DNA from: Candidatus Poseidoniales archaeon
Lineage (GTDB): Archaea > Thermoplasmatota > Poseidoniia > Poseidoniales > Poseidoniaceae
Direction of reading: 5' to 3'
Length of the DNA: 64,000 nucleotides
NCBI GenBank assembly: GCA_019651595.1
Contig: BOYQ01000003.1
Span: 222,423 to 286,422, forward strand
Shown here: positions 51,603 through 62,038 of the stretch, one piece after another
How the letters are laid out: every line of letters begins with the position of its first letter
How positions within the stretch are numbered: position 1 is the stretch's first letter
Notes under the pieces: generated by a model
Told to the model about the DNA's origin: nothing
The model's database searches: none
What the model saw: only the letters and a program-made list of their open reading frames with translations
Program-made: the position numbers and the translations under genes

Positions 51603-52858
51603 CCTCCCGCACGTACGGGCAATTGATTCGAGAGAATCGTGATTTTCGGCAGCTTTGGATTGCAGCCGTGATTTCAATGCTGGGTGAATGGTTCAACACC
51701 ATCGCCTTGTTTTTCCTGATTTTGGAATACACAGGGAGCGAATTCCTGCTCGGCATGTTGTTCACGGTCCGTATGGCAGGTTTTGCCATTCTCCAACCCT
51801 TCATCGGATTGCTGGCTGACCGCTACAATCGAAAAATGCTCATGGTCGTCTCCAACCTTCTCCAGGCGGTGTTCGCCCTCTGCTTCCTCCTGGTGAACGA
51901 TTCGAGCGACATCGTGTGGATGATCGGCCTCTCAGGTTTGATGATGGTCCTGCACGGCGTCTACATGACCGCCGAGCGGGCTGCGTTGCCCAACGTGGTC
52001 GCTGAGGAGGACCTTGCGACCGCCAACGCTTTGGACGCCGCATCGTGGTCAACGGCACTCTGCATGGGCGCCATGTTGGGTGGCGTGGTGGTGTCCATTT
52101 GGGGCACAAACGCCGCGTTCATCATTGATTCTGTGACGTTTTTGGTCGGCACCTTGTTTTTGATCAACTTGACGATCCCGCAAACCATCGACGAATCCAT
52201 GAAGGGGCCGTGGTTGTCCACCGGCATTCGGAACATCAAATCCGGTTGGGCTCGCATTCGCAGCCAACCTGCCTTGTTTCGCATTGTTTTTGCCAAGGCC
52301 TCGTGGAACGTAGCGGGCGGTGGTTTGGCGGGGGTCTACCTGGTGTTGATGGGAGCGAATGTTCAGGGCTTCGGAGCGGCTTTTGGGTTTGGTCTGTTCT
52401 TTTTCGCCCGAGGTGTTGGCACTGGATTAGGTCCCATCCTTGCACGCGCTTTTCTCAAGGACGAAGAAGCGTGGCCAAGACTCGTGGGGTATCTCATCGT
52501 CTTGTCCGGCCTCATCTACTTCCTTGTTGGATTGAGCGTGCCTCACGCCTTGTGGATCACCGTGGTCTTGGTCATCTTGGCACACAGCGCAAGCGGCGCC
52601 AACTGGGTCCTTTCAACCGTCATGATGCAACAATGGGTTGAGGATGAGGTGCGCGGGCGGGTGTTTTCGACCGACATGCTCATTCTTTCAATCGCATTTT
52701 CAACCTCAACCAGCGTGGCCGGCTACCTGATGGAAAACACCGACCTTGGCATTCAGAACGGCATCATGTTGTTCGCCAGCGTGATGGTGTTCTGTGGAAT
52801 TGTGTTTTCCATGTGGCAACCCGGAAACCCGTCGTCTCAAACCGCTCATTCAGCCTGA
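51599..52858 (+). CDS. MFS transporter
   Basis: GLLADRYNRK motif A, ~12 TM segments, RGRVFS. Confidence 0.92.
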   Translation: MTSRTYGQLIRENRDFRQLWIAAVISMLGEWFNTIALFFLILEYTGSEFLLGMLFTVRMAGFAILQPFIGLLADRYNRKMLMVVSNLLQAVFALCFLLVNDSSDIVWMIGLSGLMMVLHGVYMTAERAALPNVVAEEDLATANALDAASWSTALCMGAMLGGVVVSIWGTNAAFIIDSVTFLVGTLFLINLTIPQTIDESMKGPWLSTGIRNIKSGWARIRSQPALFRIVFAKASWNVAGGGLAGVYLVLMGANVQGFGAAFGFGLFFFARGVGTGLGPILARAFLKDEEAWPRLVGYLIVLSGLIYFLVGLSVPHALWITVVLVILAHSASGANWVLSTVMMQQWVEDEVRGRVFSTDMLILSIAFSTSTSVAGYLMENTDLGIQNGIMLFASVMVFCGIVFSMWQPGNPSSQTAHSA

Positions 52859-54801
52859 AGGCATCGCTCGTGTGTGCATTCTGGTGGCGTGAAATAGAGA
52901 CGGTCCTCTGGAACGAACGTGTCCAGTTGGAGGGTGGATGATGCGCCCTCTTCGACGAACACCACAGATGATGTGCTGGCAGGGAGGTAATCTTCACCCG
53001 TCGACTGTAAACTTAGCCGCAAGACGTGCCCTGCTGGTACTTCTGCGTCCATGGCAAAGAACTCCATTTTCGCGTTGATGGACTCGACGATGGGCGTCCA
53101 CGTTTGAATCTCATCCCCACCGGCATGATACCGCAGGTCCATGATGGCATGACCCAGGTGGATGCAATTACTCTGGTTGTCGCAATCTTCGAGCAGGGCG
53201 TAGAGTTGCCCGCCGAGGCTTGCTGTTGTCACCTCGACATGAACTCGAGGCATACCTGCGATGTAGAGGTCTTCTGCGAGCGGCTCGGTCTCCCACACCG
53301 GCCCAGATGATGCATCGGGCAGAACGGTGGTGGTTCCGGCGATGTTGGTCATGTCCGCTCCCAATTCCAACACCAGTTCAACAGCATCGGCGGGCGGGTA
53401 GCGGTCCTCAATACGCCAGGAACCTTGGTTGGACTGAATCTCAATCCATTGGCCGGGCTGTTCTCCGATCCCCTTGAGGTAATAATCAAACCACTCGAGC
53501 ATGTCTTGCATCCAGTCAAAACGTATCATTTCTGGGAACGCCTCGCCGCCACGACCGCCCAAGTCGGACCGGTCGTCCAATTGAACCGGACGGTCAGGAT
53601 AGTCGTGGTCCCACTGACCAAACAGACCTCTGGCTTCTATTCCAGCATCGATCAGACGGTTGATGGTTGGTACCGCCATGTGGGGGTCAACGTTCCAATC
53701 GTGCATGCCCTGGATAAGGTAAACGCTGCCTTTGTAATTCTCAAGAACCCGGTCGAGGAAGTAGCGCTCAGCCCAGTAGTCCCCGGCGACCTCGGAACCA
53801 AACATGTAGGCGCTGACGCCGGTTCCCGGGCCGATGATGTAATCCGGGCAGATGTTCTGGTAGTCCTCTTCGTCGCCGTCAATACCGTACGACCCGTAGA
53901 CACCGTTGTGCATGATGGGTGCCCGCGCTTCAGAAGAACCGTTTTTCCACATGAGTTCTTTCACGCCAATAAGACCCGAAATCGGGACGATGGTCTTCAG
54001 GTAATCATGCTCGGCCCCGAACATGGCCGCTTGCCAAGGTGTGCTGCCGTCGTAGGATTTGCCAATCAGCGCTACGGCGCCGTTTGACCAAGGTTGTTCT
54101 GCCAACCATCGCACGGCAGCATCGTTCCCGAGCTGTTCGGCATTACCCATCAAATCCATGCAGTGATTGCTCCGTCCGGTGCCTGAGACTGAGATTTGGG
54201 CAAAAGCATAGCCGTGTGGTAGAATTTGGTCAATGAACATCTGACCCAACCAACTACCAGGGACTTCAATCGAAGGGGTTTCGACGCTAGCTTCTTGGAA
54301 GTAAGGACCACTTTCTGCGATCACCGGCACTTGCATTCCTTCGGGCACATCGGGCAGCCAGACGGCGAGGCTAATGAGCCCGTTCGGCGCAGCTCCACCC
54401 TCTTCGAGAGGGAGCGTGTATTCCACAAAATGATGGGTCGAATTCCACTCGTTATCGGTTGGCAGGAGCGAGTACGGCCCAACCTCCAACGCTACGCCAA
54501 ACTCGCCGTCCGTTTCGTATGGAAGGGTGTAGCGCTCCCAAACAGGCACCCGCACGCCTTGTTGCTGTTCCTCTTCCACCACCAGGTTGACAAACGCCTC
54601 TCCAAAGAAGGCCGAGAGCATCAAAAAAACCAGCGACAGCGCCAAGGTCGCCCCCAAGACGACGTTGAATTCTTTGGTGGCTGATGCAGTCGATGATTTG
54701 ACTTCGTCGTCCAGTGAACCGACAATGATGCTCAACTGGTCCACGTCGGTTTTGGTTGATGTTTCAACCAAATCAGCCATCACGACCTCATCGTCCGACA
54801 T
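52846..54801 (-). CDS. CocE/NonD / Xaa-Pro dipeptidyl-peptidase (S15), membrane-anchored
   Basis: GTGRSNHC, WSNGAVALIGKSYDG, HDWNV, GQWDH; N-terminal TM. Confidence 0.88.
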   Translation of the reverse strand: MSDDEVVMADLVETSTKTDVDQLSIIVGSLDDEVKSSTASATKEFNVVLGATLALSLVFLMLSAFFGEAFVNLVVEEEQQQGVRVPVWERYTLPYETDGEFGVALEVGPYSLLPTDNEWNSTHHFVEYTLPLEEGGAAPNGLISLAVWLPDVPEGMQVPVIAESGPYFQEASVETPSIEVPGSWLGQMFIDQILPHGYAFAQISVSGTGRSNHCMDLMGNAEQLGNDAAVRWLAEQPWSNGAVALIGKSYDGSTPWQAAMFGAEHDYLKTIVPISGLIGVKELMWKNGSSEARAPIMHNGVYGSYGIDGDEEDYQNICPDYIIGPGTGVSAYMFGSEVAGDYWAERYFLDRVLENYKGSVYLIQGMHDWNVDPHMAVPTINRLIDAGIEARGLFGQWDHDYPDRPVQLDDRSDLGGRGGEAFPEMIRFDWMQDMLEWFDYYLKGIGEQPGQWIEIQSNQGSWRIEDRYPPADAVELVLELGADMTNIAGTTTVLPDASSGPVWETEPLAEDLYIAGMPRVHVEVTTASLGGQLYALLEDCDNQSNCIHLGHAIMDLRYHAGGDEIQTWTPIVESINAKMEFFAMDAEVPAGHVLRLSLQSTGEDYLPASTSSVVFVEEGASSTLQLDTFVPEDRLYFTPPECTHERCLQAE

Positions 54802-54907
54802 GGTGCTTCGCCTCGGGGTCGGTACGGCTGTTCTTGAACATACGCCCGTGGTGCTTTTCGTGCTTTCGAAGAACAAGCCTCAAAGACATCCATACCAAGG
54901 TGGAATC

Positions 54908-56941
54908 ATGGATGAGGATGTGCGGCGCATGCAAGCTGCCGTCCTCGAAGGCATTCCACTGGCGTTGCCGGAGCATCCAGGAATCGATTCGTCCGTTGAC
55001 CACGCACCCAACCGACGGCAAATTCTCACCGCAGAAGAAAAATTGTTGGCCCTTGAAAACGCCCTTCGCTACATTCCACCGCAACACCATGAGTCACTGG
55101 CTGACGAATTCATGGACGAACTCAACACCTACGGGCGCATCATCATGCGGCGCTACAGACCCACCAGCCACCCCATGAAAGCTTACCCGCTGGATGCCTA
55201 TCCCTGCGCCTCACGGCAGGCTGCGTCCATCATGCTGATGATTCACAACAACCTTGATCCCGCTGTTGCGCAATTCCCCCACGAGTTGATCACGTACGGT
55301 GGAAATGGCTCGGTGTTCCAAAATTGGTGCCAGTACCGTTTGGTCATGAAGTACCTCTGTGAGATGACCGACCAGCAGACACTGGTCATGTATTCTGGCC
55401 ACCCTTTGGGACTTTTCCCCTCTGGTCCAGCGGCGCCTCGCGGTGGTGACGAACGGTATGGTCATCCTGAATTATTCGAGTCAAGACGACTACGAACGTA
55501 TGAATGCGCTCGGCGTGACACAGTACGGCCAAATGACCGCTGGTTCCTACATGTACATCGGGCCTCAAGGCATTGTCCACGGCACCACCATCACCTTGCT
55601 GAACGCCGCCAGGCTTCACCTTGGGTTGAGTGATGAATCGAATCTTTCCGGTATCACCTTCATCACCAGCGGCCTGGGTGGTATGTCGGGCGCCCAAGCC
55701 AAAGCCGCCACGATCGCAGGCGCTGCTTGCATCATCGCAGAGACGAACGCTCATGCCGCTCACAAGCGCCACAACCAAGGCTGGTTAACCACGGTCACGG
55801 ACGACATTGACGACGCTATCGACCAAATGGTCCAAGCCGCCAATGACGGAAATGCCATATCAATCGGTTTGATTGGAAACATCGTCGAATTATGGGAACG
55901 ATGCGTAGAGCGAGAGGTTCACGTGGATTTGGGGAGCGATCAAACCAGCCTGCACAACCCGTATCAGGGAGGTTATTTCCCAGCAGATCGAACCTACGAG
56001 GAGAGCGCCACGATGCTGTCCGAAGACCCGGCCCGATTTCGGTCGGAGGTACAGTCCACCCTTCGGCGCCACGCTGCCGCCATCAACACCATGGCAGAAC
56101 GCGGGATGTACTTCTGGGATTATGGCAATGCTTTCCTTTTGGGAAAGGCCTCCCGTGTCGGGCCGATGTGGTCAACGAGGATGGGACCTTTCGTTATCCC
56201 TCCTACGTTGAGGACATCATGGGGCCGTTGTGCTTCGACTTCGGTTTTGGCCCGTACCGTTGGGTTTGCACGAGCGGCGACCCTGCTGATTTGAAGCGGA
56301 CCGATGAAATTGCAGCGGATGTCCTTCGGGGCATGCGTGATGGCGCTCCCGAAGACGTGCGACAGCAAATCAACGACAACCTGCGCTGGATTGAGCAAGC
56401 AGGGGCAAATCAACTCGTCGTTGGAAGCCAAGCCCGCATCCTCTATGCTGACGATGTAGGCCGACGAAACATTGCACTGGCGATGAATCAAGCCATCGCT
56501 TCTGGAGAATTGCAGGGACCGGTGGTGTTGGGTCGAGACCACCACGATGTATCGGGGACCGACAGCCCCTACAGAGAAACGGCCAACATCCGAGATGGCT
56601 CAATGTTCACGGCTGACATGGCCGTCCACAACGCCATCGGTGATGCCTTCCGCGGCGCCACATGGGTGAGTCTCCACAACGGTGGTGGCGTGGGCTGGGG
56701 GGAGGTGATTAACGGTGGTTTTGGATTGCTGTTGGACGGCACGGCCGAAGCCGAGGAGAAACTCTCATCCATGCTTCATTGGGACGTCAACAACGGCGTC
56801 GCTCGACGTGCATGGGCGAGAAACCCTGGTGCTCGCTCTGCCGTGGTACGCGCCATGGAAGCCGAAGACGAGTTGACCGTCACCCTCCCGCACCTCGTCG
56901 AGTCCTCCGTGCTCGACCGCTTCCGAGGTGATGGACAGTGA
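54908..56941 (+). CDS. hutU: Urocanate hydratase, long form (indels ~55440, ~56140)
   Basis: NNLDPAVAQFPHELITYGG, GQMTAGS..YIGPQGIVHGT, GLGGMSGAQ, SDQTSLHN, GRDHHD, HNGGGVGWG. Confidence 0.96.
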
Positions 56942-58491
56942 GCCAACGCCCCGTGGTGTATGCTGACGGACGAACGCTTTCCGCACAGGAAGTGGCCATG
57001 GTGGCCAAAGGCCAAGCGGACGTTGCTGTGTCCGATGACGCATGGCCCGGTATCCATGCAGCACGACAGGTCGTTGAGCGAATTGTGTCCACGGGCGACA
57101 CCGTTTACGGCATCAACACGGGCTTTGGTGCACTTGTCCGCGAACGCATTTCAACCGATGACTTGGCCCAACTTCAGATCAATCTCATCCGTTCCCACGC
57201 AACGGGTGTTGGTGATCTCATGACGGTGGAAGCCGTTCGTGCCATGATGATGGTGCGGCTGAACTCGTTGTGCAAAGGGCATTCTGGGATTCATCCCGAT
57301 TGCATTCGACAATTGGTGCTCTACCTGAACCACAACGTTCACCCTGCTGTTCCACGAATCGGAAGCTTGGGGGCGAGCGGGGATCTTGCACCGCTCTCTC
57401 ATCTCGCCCTCACGCTTATCGGTGAAGGAGAAGTTCTTGTCGATGGCAAAGTAGAATCAACCGCTGACTTCCTGTTCAGCAACGGTTTGGTCCCCGTCGA
57501 ACTCACGGCCAAGGACGGGCTGTCATTGATCAACGGCACAAGTCAAATGACGGCTTATGCGGTGCTCGCTCAACAAGAACTGGCTAGCGTCTTGTTGCTG
57601 GCCGATGTCATCTTGGCCATGTCCATGGACGCTCGTTCGTGCAGCCTTACGCCGTCAAGACCTGAGGTTCACGACGCACGCCCCCATCCGGGACAACAAC
57701 GGGTCGCTGAACGCCTTCGCACGTTGCTCAGCGGTTCGGAAATACTCCAAGACCACGCCTCGTGCGACCGGGTTCAAGACCCCTATTCTTTCCGTTGCGC
57801 CCCCCAGGTCCACGGTGCCGTTTACGAATCCTTCCAGCGGCTGGGAGATATGCTCGCAAGGGAAATCAACAGCGCCACCGACAACCCGCTGATTTTCCCC
57901 GAACCCAACCGGCCCGGTGAGCATGAGGTTGTTTCTCAAGGCAATTTCCACGGTGAAATTGTCGCCCTAACATGCGATGCCATGAGCTTGGCCATGTTTG
58001 AACTTGGATCGATCTCTGAACGACGGATGGACCAGATGCTCGATCCCGCTCGAAGCGAGATGCCAGCGTTTCTCGCTAAGGATTCGGGGCTTGAGTCAGG
58101 GCTGATGATCGTTCAGTACGTTGCAGGAGCATCACTCGCCGAGCTCCACGGTCAGGCAACGCCTCGGTCGGCGTTCTCGACCACGACTTCTGCGGGGCAA
58201 GAAGATCACGTCAGCATGGGGGCGACGGCAGCATGGAATCTGCACGTTGGTGTACGTCGCTTAAGCGAAGTCCTGGCGTGTGAAGCCCTCATCGCCGCAG
58301 AAGCCCTCGAACACGCAACCCTGCGGTCATCACCTCACGTTCGGGCGATGCATGACCTCGTGAGGACCGTCGCCTCAGCCCTGGTCGGCGACCGCTCGAC
58401 ATCCGCAGAATTGATTCAGATTGCAGACGAACTTCGTCAGCCAGGATGGCTGGCCCGATTGGAGGCAGAACACGGACGCTTACCGCGCTGA
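56938..58491 (+). CDS. hutH: Histidine ammonia-lyase
   Basis: YGINTGFG, NLIRSHA, MIO motif GASGDLAPL, QDPYSFRC, GNFHG, QEDHVSMG. Confidence 0.96.
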   Translation: MSQRPVVYADGRTLSAQEVAMVAKGQADVAVSDDAWPGIHAARQVVERIVSTGDTVYGINTGFGALVRERISTDDLAQLQINLIRSHATGVGDLMTVEAVRAMMMVRLNSLCKGHSGIHPDCIRQLVLYLNHNVHPAVPRIGSLGASGDLAPLSHLALTLIGEGEVLVDGKVESTADFLFSNGLVPVELTAKDGLSLINGTSQMTAYAVLAQQELASVLLLADVILAMSMDARSCSLTPSRPEVHDARPHPGQQRVAERLRTLLSGSEILQDHASCDRVQDPYSFRCAPQVHGAVYESFQRLGDMLAREINSATDNPLIFPEPNRPGEHEVVSQGNFHGEIVALTCDAMSLAMFELGSISERRMDQMLDPARSEMPAFLAKDSGLESGLMIVQYVAGASLAELHGQATPRSAFSTTTSAGQEDHVSMGATAAWNLHVGVRRLSEVLACEALIAAEALEHATLRSSPHVRAMHDLVRTVASALVGDRSTSAELIQIADELRQPGWLARLEAEHGRLPR

Positions 58492-59364
58492 AAGAAGGTG
58501 CTCAAGGTCTTGGACGTTCTTTTCAACGTCCAACAGCGACATCATCCGATAGTTGAACATTTCACGTTCGGTGACGGTGAGTGCGCTTTCATGTGTTTCA
58601 AGCAAACGAAGGGCATCGATGGCCCTCACGATGTCAAGTTCAACCGACCTGTACACGGAAAAAGCATCGTCCATGTCGGTCAGCGATAAGGCAGGTTCGA
58701 GCGCGGACAAATCAAACCCCATGCGTTTCCATTGAAGCATGCGCCGTGCGAGAACAGCCGATGTAAATCCAAGTCGAGGTAAACTCACCAAATGCGTGAT
58801 AACGGCGTCGGACGATTGACTGACACTGGGAGATTTCACCAGTCCAACCTTTTCTCCCCCATCCCCCGTCGTGTCGTGTTCAAGACTGCGGTGGTCAACC
58901 GATTCGGAGGCGGTGGGCTCTGCCACGGTCATGAGCGGTGCGATGCCGGTTAACCGCCTCCAAAAAGAGGACTCAACGGTCAACGGATCGAGGGGAAACA
59001 CGACGTCCACGTCTTGATGCCGCACGAGACCGTCCAGCCGCTGCAGCCACGCCAGTGTAGCAGGAACCGTCGAACGCGATGCAATCCAGTCAAGCCCCTC
59101 AACGATGATGAGTTCTGTATCATCGTTGAGTTGTGATTGGAGGTGTTGTTCAATTGAAGGAGCATCGGGTGGAATCGATCGTGGACTTTCATGTTCGGAA
59201 ATCCACCACATATCGGCGGTGTTGGTTGCGATATATCGCAGCAGTTGGCGCAAAGGCAGCCGACTGTAACACATGACATGTCCTGCCGTCGCGTCAATCC
59301 GGTCGGCCAAAGCACCGTACGTGGTGGTCGGCGAGGTCGATTCGAGCGTGAACAAGCCAACCAT
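58480..59364 (-). CDS. Hypothetical protein, DUF835-like N-terminal domain plus helical C-terminus
   Basis: CYSRLP..WWISE..IIVEGLDWI pattern; convergent overlap with hutH. Confidence 0.6.
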   Translation of the reverse strand: MVGLFTLESTSPTTTYGALADRIDATAGHVMCYSRLPLRQLLRYIATNTADMWWISEHESPRSIPPDAPSIEQHLQSQLNDDTELIIVEGLDWIASRSTVPATLAWLQRLDGLVRHQDVDVVFPLDPLTVESSFWRRLTGIAPLMTVAEPTASESVDHRSLEHDTTGDGGEKVGLVKSPSVSQSSDAVITHLVSLPRLGFTSAVLARRMLQWKRMGFDLSALEPALSLTDMDDAFSVYRSVELDIVRAIDALRLLETHESALTVTEREMFNYRMMSLLDVEKNVQDLEHLLSAR

Positions 59365-59479
59365 TGCCCTACCTCGACGATGCTACGCTCGATGCAGGTT
59401 CTAAGGAATTCCGCCTACAACAAGGTGCAAGTCATCAATCATTATATTGCCCTTCTTCGTGGAAATAAGTGGTGGAACG

Positions 59480-61306
59480 ATGACGGATGAAGAAAATGAA
59501 TCGGTTGCCATGGCTGAGTGCGGTGCTTGTCGAGCCGTCATCCCCATCGATTCGACGGAATGCCCCGAGTGTGCAACGAAATTTTCGGGTGTATCCGAAG
59601 ATGCACTTGGGGAGTGCGGGGGCTGTCAAGCACTGGTCCCCCTCGACTCGACACGTTGCCCCGAGTGTGGTGTTCTCTTCGTAGCGGACGACGTCGTTGA
59701 TATCCTTCGCCAGTGGGTTGCAGACACCGGCATTAACATCCGGAAGTTGTTCGACAAGTTCGATGAAAATGACGACGGCACCATTGATTCAGATGAACTC
59801 AAGCGTGGTTTACTCAGTTTGAACCTCGCCGACCTTCCACCATCGCAGGTTGACCGCCTTGTCGCCGAAATCGATGCAGACGGTAACGGCGTCATCGATC
59901 TTGATGAGTTTGACGCCATCCTGATGGGGTCGAACGCTGCACAGGAGGAGGCGCCCGCACCCGTAGAGACCGACGGAACGGCCGAAGATGATACATCCGT
60001 TCTTGAGGGCGAAGATGACGGCGGAGAGGCTGACGAAGAATCAGCTGATGCAGAGAGCGATGCCGAGGAAGCAGATGCATCGGTCGAAGAAGAGGCTGAA
60101 GAGGAGGCCGAAGACGAGGCTGAGGAGGAGGCAGAGGATGATGAAAGCGCTGCGGAGGAAGAAGAAGCCGGTGAAGAAGAAGATGAGGCACACGGCATCG
60201 ACGATGAAGCGTTTGACATTGACGAAGAAGAGGATTCACCGGAAGCCGACGCGGACGAAGAAGAACCTCATCGTCCGCTGGCCGCGCTGTCCGCGCTGGC
60301 GGACCTGATGGATGAACATGACATCTCAGCGCAACGCCTGTTCAATGAACTCGATGCAGACGGCAACGGTGTCGTATCCATTAGCGAACTGAAAAGCACG
60401 ATTGCAGAGAAGTACGGTGATGATCTCGACCTTGAGCAAGTGAACGCCATCATGGAGGGGGCTGACGTCGACGGTGACGGTACCATCGACATCACCGAGT
60501 TCATCGGTTCGCTGGAAGATTACGAAACCATGGAGGAACTGGTAGAGGAGAAAGTCTTCCCGTCTCCGTGGCAGAAGCGCATGATGTCCAAATCGTGGAA
60601 CGACACGGTATGGCCCATCCTCCACGTTGCGTTCGGCATCATGGTTGCGCTCTTTATCGCCAACGGGATGTTTGGATTTGTCGATGGAACCGGTGGCAAT
60701 GTCGCCTACATTCCGAATGATTCTGGTTTGATACCAAGTGGGAACATTGTTGAGGGCGACATTTACCCGTGCGACGAGAAGTACCAGATGGACGGTTGTC
60801 GAAACTCGCTCACACCCCTAGCAGGTGCGAACGGCTCCCTTTCAATGCCAACCGGTTTCTACTGGGACGGCATCATGCTGATCGCCCTCTCGGTCATCGG
60901 AATGGCGACTACCCTGTTCTTGCATCTCGTGAAAGCCCCCGAGTGGCGCGCAAGGGCCAAAGCCATGAAAGAGTTTGAAACGGACAAAGCCGAAGCAGCA
61001 GAATCGGCCGAGGAATCCAGCGATGAGACGGACGATGATGAAGCGGTTGCGGACGAAGATGAAACCGAAGATGATGAAGCCTACGAAGAGGACGATGAAC
61101 TCGAGGATGACGTCGACGAAGACACGGATGACGAGGCCGAAGAAGAAGGGATTGACATTGGTTCGCACATTGGATTGGTGTTTGACGACGAAGAGGTCTT
61201 TGGGGTCATCGTAGAATTTGATGACGATGAGGAAACAGTGACCATCGAAGAAGATGGCACTGGCGACCTTGTGACCGGCTACCAGGAAGACATGTTCCTT
61301 GAGTGA
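59480..61306 (+). CDS. Membrane protein with double Zn ribbon, four EF-hands and acidic linkers
   Basis: CGAC/CPEC/CGGC/CPEC; loops DENDDGTIDSDE, DADGNGVIDLDE, DADGNGVVSISE, DVDGDGTIDITE; 2 TM segments. Confidence 0.88.
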   Translation: MTDEENESVAMAECGACRAVIPIDSTECPECATKFSGVSEDALGECGGCQALVPLDSTRCPECGVLFVADDVVDILRQWVADTGINIRKLFDKFDENDDGTIDSDELKRGLLSLNLADLPPSQVDRLVAEIDADGNGVIDLDEFDAILMGSNAAQEEAPAPVETDGTAEDDTSVLEGEDDGGEADEESADAESDAEEADASVEEEAEEEAEDEAEEEAEDDESAAEEEEAGEEEDEAHGIDDEAFDIDEEEDSPEADADEEEPHRPLAALSALADLMDEHDISAQRLFNELDADGNGVVSISELKSTIAEKYGDDLDLEQVNAIMEGADVDGDGTIDITEFIGSLEDYETMEELVEEKVFPSPWQKRMMSKSWNDTVWPILHVAFGIMVALFIANGMFGFVDGTGGNVAYIPNDSGLIPSGNIVEGDIYPCDEKYQMDGCRNSLTPLAGANGSLSMPTGFYWDGIMLIALSVIGMATTLFLHLVKAPEWRARAKAMKEFETDKAEAAESAEESSDETDDDEAVADEDETEDDEAYEEDDELEDDVDEDTDDEAEEEGIDIGSHIGLVFDDEEVFGVIVEFDDDEETVTIEEDGTGDLVTGYQEDMFLE

Positions 61307-61310
61307 GCAC

Positions 61311-61682
61311 ATGAAAAAATCCGACCCACTCGATCGGCTGAACGGCCTGGCTGTCTGCCCTGTGTGCGGTTGTTTTGACCGAAAGGGAATGTACCGTTGT
61401 TCGGAGTGCGGAACCTTTCACGCAGGCGGCATCATGGAGGAACGGGAAGCACCTCCTCCAAGCGAACAGCGAGAATTGGAGGCAGCAGCACCACCGCTCG
61501 ACCCGTCCGTTTATTCCTTGGGGCCGAACGCCTCGATACCCGAAGAATCATTCGACGAATCCGACGATGTGAGATCGTGGGAAGGCGGGTCCACCGATTT
61601 CACCTTTGATGAGGACGATGACCCGCCGGTTGCGCACATCACCCTCCCCGAAGCTGAAGACGTGACTTCGGATGAAGATTAA
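61311..61682 (+). CDS. Small Zn-ribbon acidic protein
   Basis: CPVCG...YRCSECGTFH then D/E-rich tail; starts 4 nt after the EF-hand gene. Confidence 0.75.
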   Translation: MKKSDPLDRLNGLAVCPVCGCFDRKGMYRCSECGTFHAGGIMEEREAPPPSEQRELEAAAPPLDPSVYSLGPNASIPEESFDESDDVRSWEGGSTDFTFDEDDDPPVAHITLPEAEDVTSDED

Positions 61683-61746
61683 CTAATTGTTATTGGAATG
61701 GTGTTAATCCAATATACCAATCAAATGTCCATTCAATGATGTTCAT

Positions 61747-61823
61747 TGGTGGGCTCGGAGAGAATCGAACTCTCGATCTTTGCCATGTCAAGGCAACGTC
61801 ATAAACCCCTAGACCACGAGCCC
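61747..61823 (-). tRNA. tRNA-Val(GAC), CCA encoded, no intron
   Basis: Reverse complement GGGCTCGTGGTCTAGGGG...TTGCC-TTGACAT-GGCAA...GAGAGTTCGATTCTCTC CGAGCCCACCA folds as a cloverleaf. Confidence 0.96.
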
Positions 61824-61885
61824 TAGGTAGGTTGACCCACCTGACATTTCTATTAAATGAATTCGGTAGGCTGCCGTGATGTTCA

Positions 61886-62038
61886 TCACGCGATGATCTT
61901 GGAAATCTTCCCCGTGCACCCAGCTTGGGAACAAAATCCAGCCATCCGCGTGCGGCCGTTGGCCATGGCAATTTTTTCACCGTTCTTGATTGGACCGTAC
62001 GTTTTGCACTTCATGCAATAACCTTGAATCTCTGCCAT
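61886..62038 (-). CDS. 50-aa Zn-binding protein, DUF5679-like
   Basis: MAEIQGYCMKCK...MANGRTRMAGFCSQAGCTGKISKII. Confidence 0.8.
   Translation of the reverse strand: MAEIQGYCMKCKTYGPIKNGEKIAMANGRTRMAGFCSQAGCTGKISKIIA

Noticed and set aside
59940-60270. GAA/GAG/GAC-rich repeats as tandem repeat or CRISPR
   Set aside because: They are codons of the Asp/Glu-rich linker; no fixed repeat-spacer period.
61683-61823. Integrated element at the tRNA-Val 3' end; AT-rich spacer with TATTGGA/TCCAATA inverted repeat
   Set aside because: No integrase or duplicated tRNA end seen; the short repeat is at most a terminator-like feature between convergent genes.
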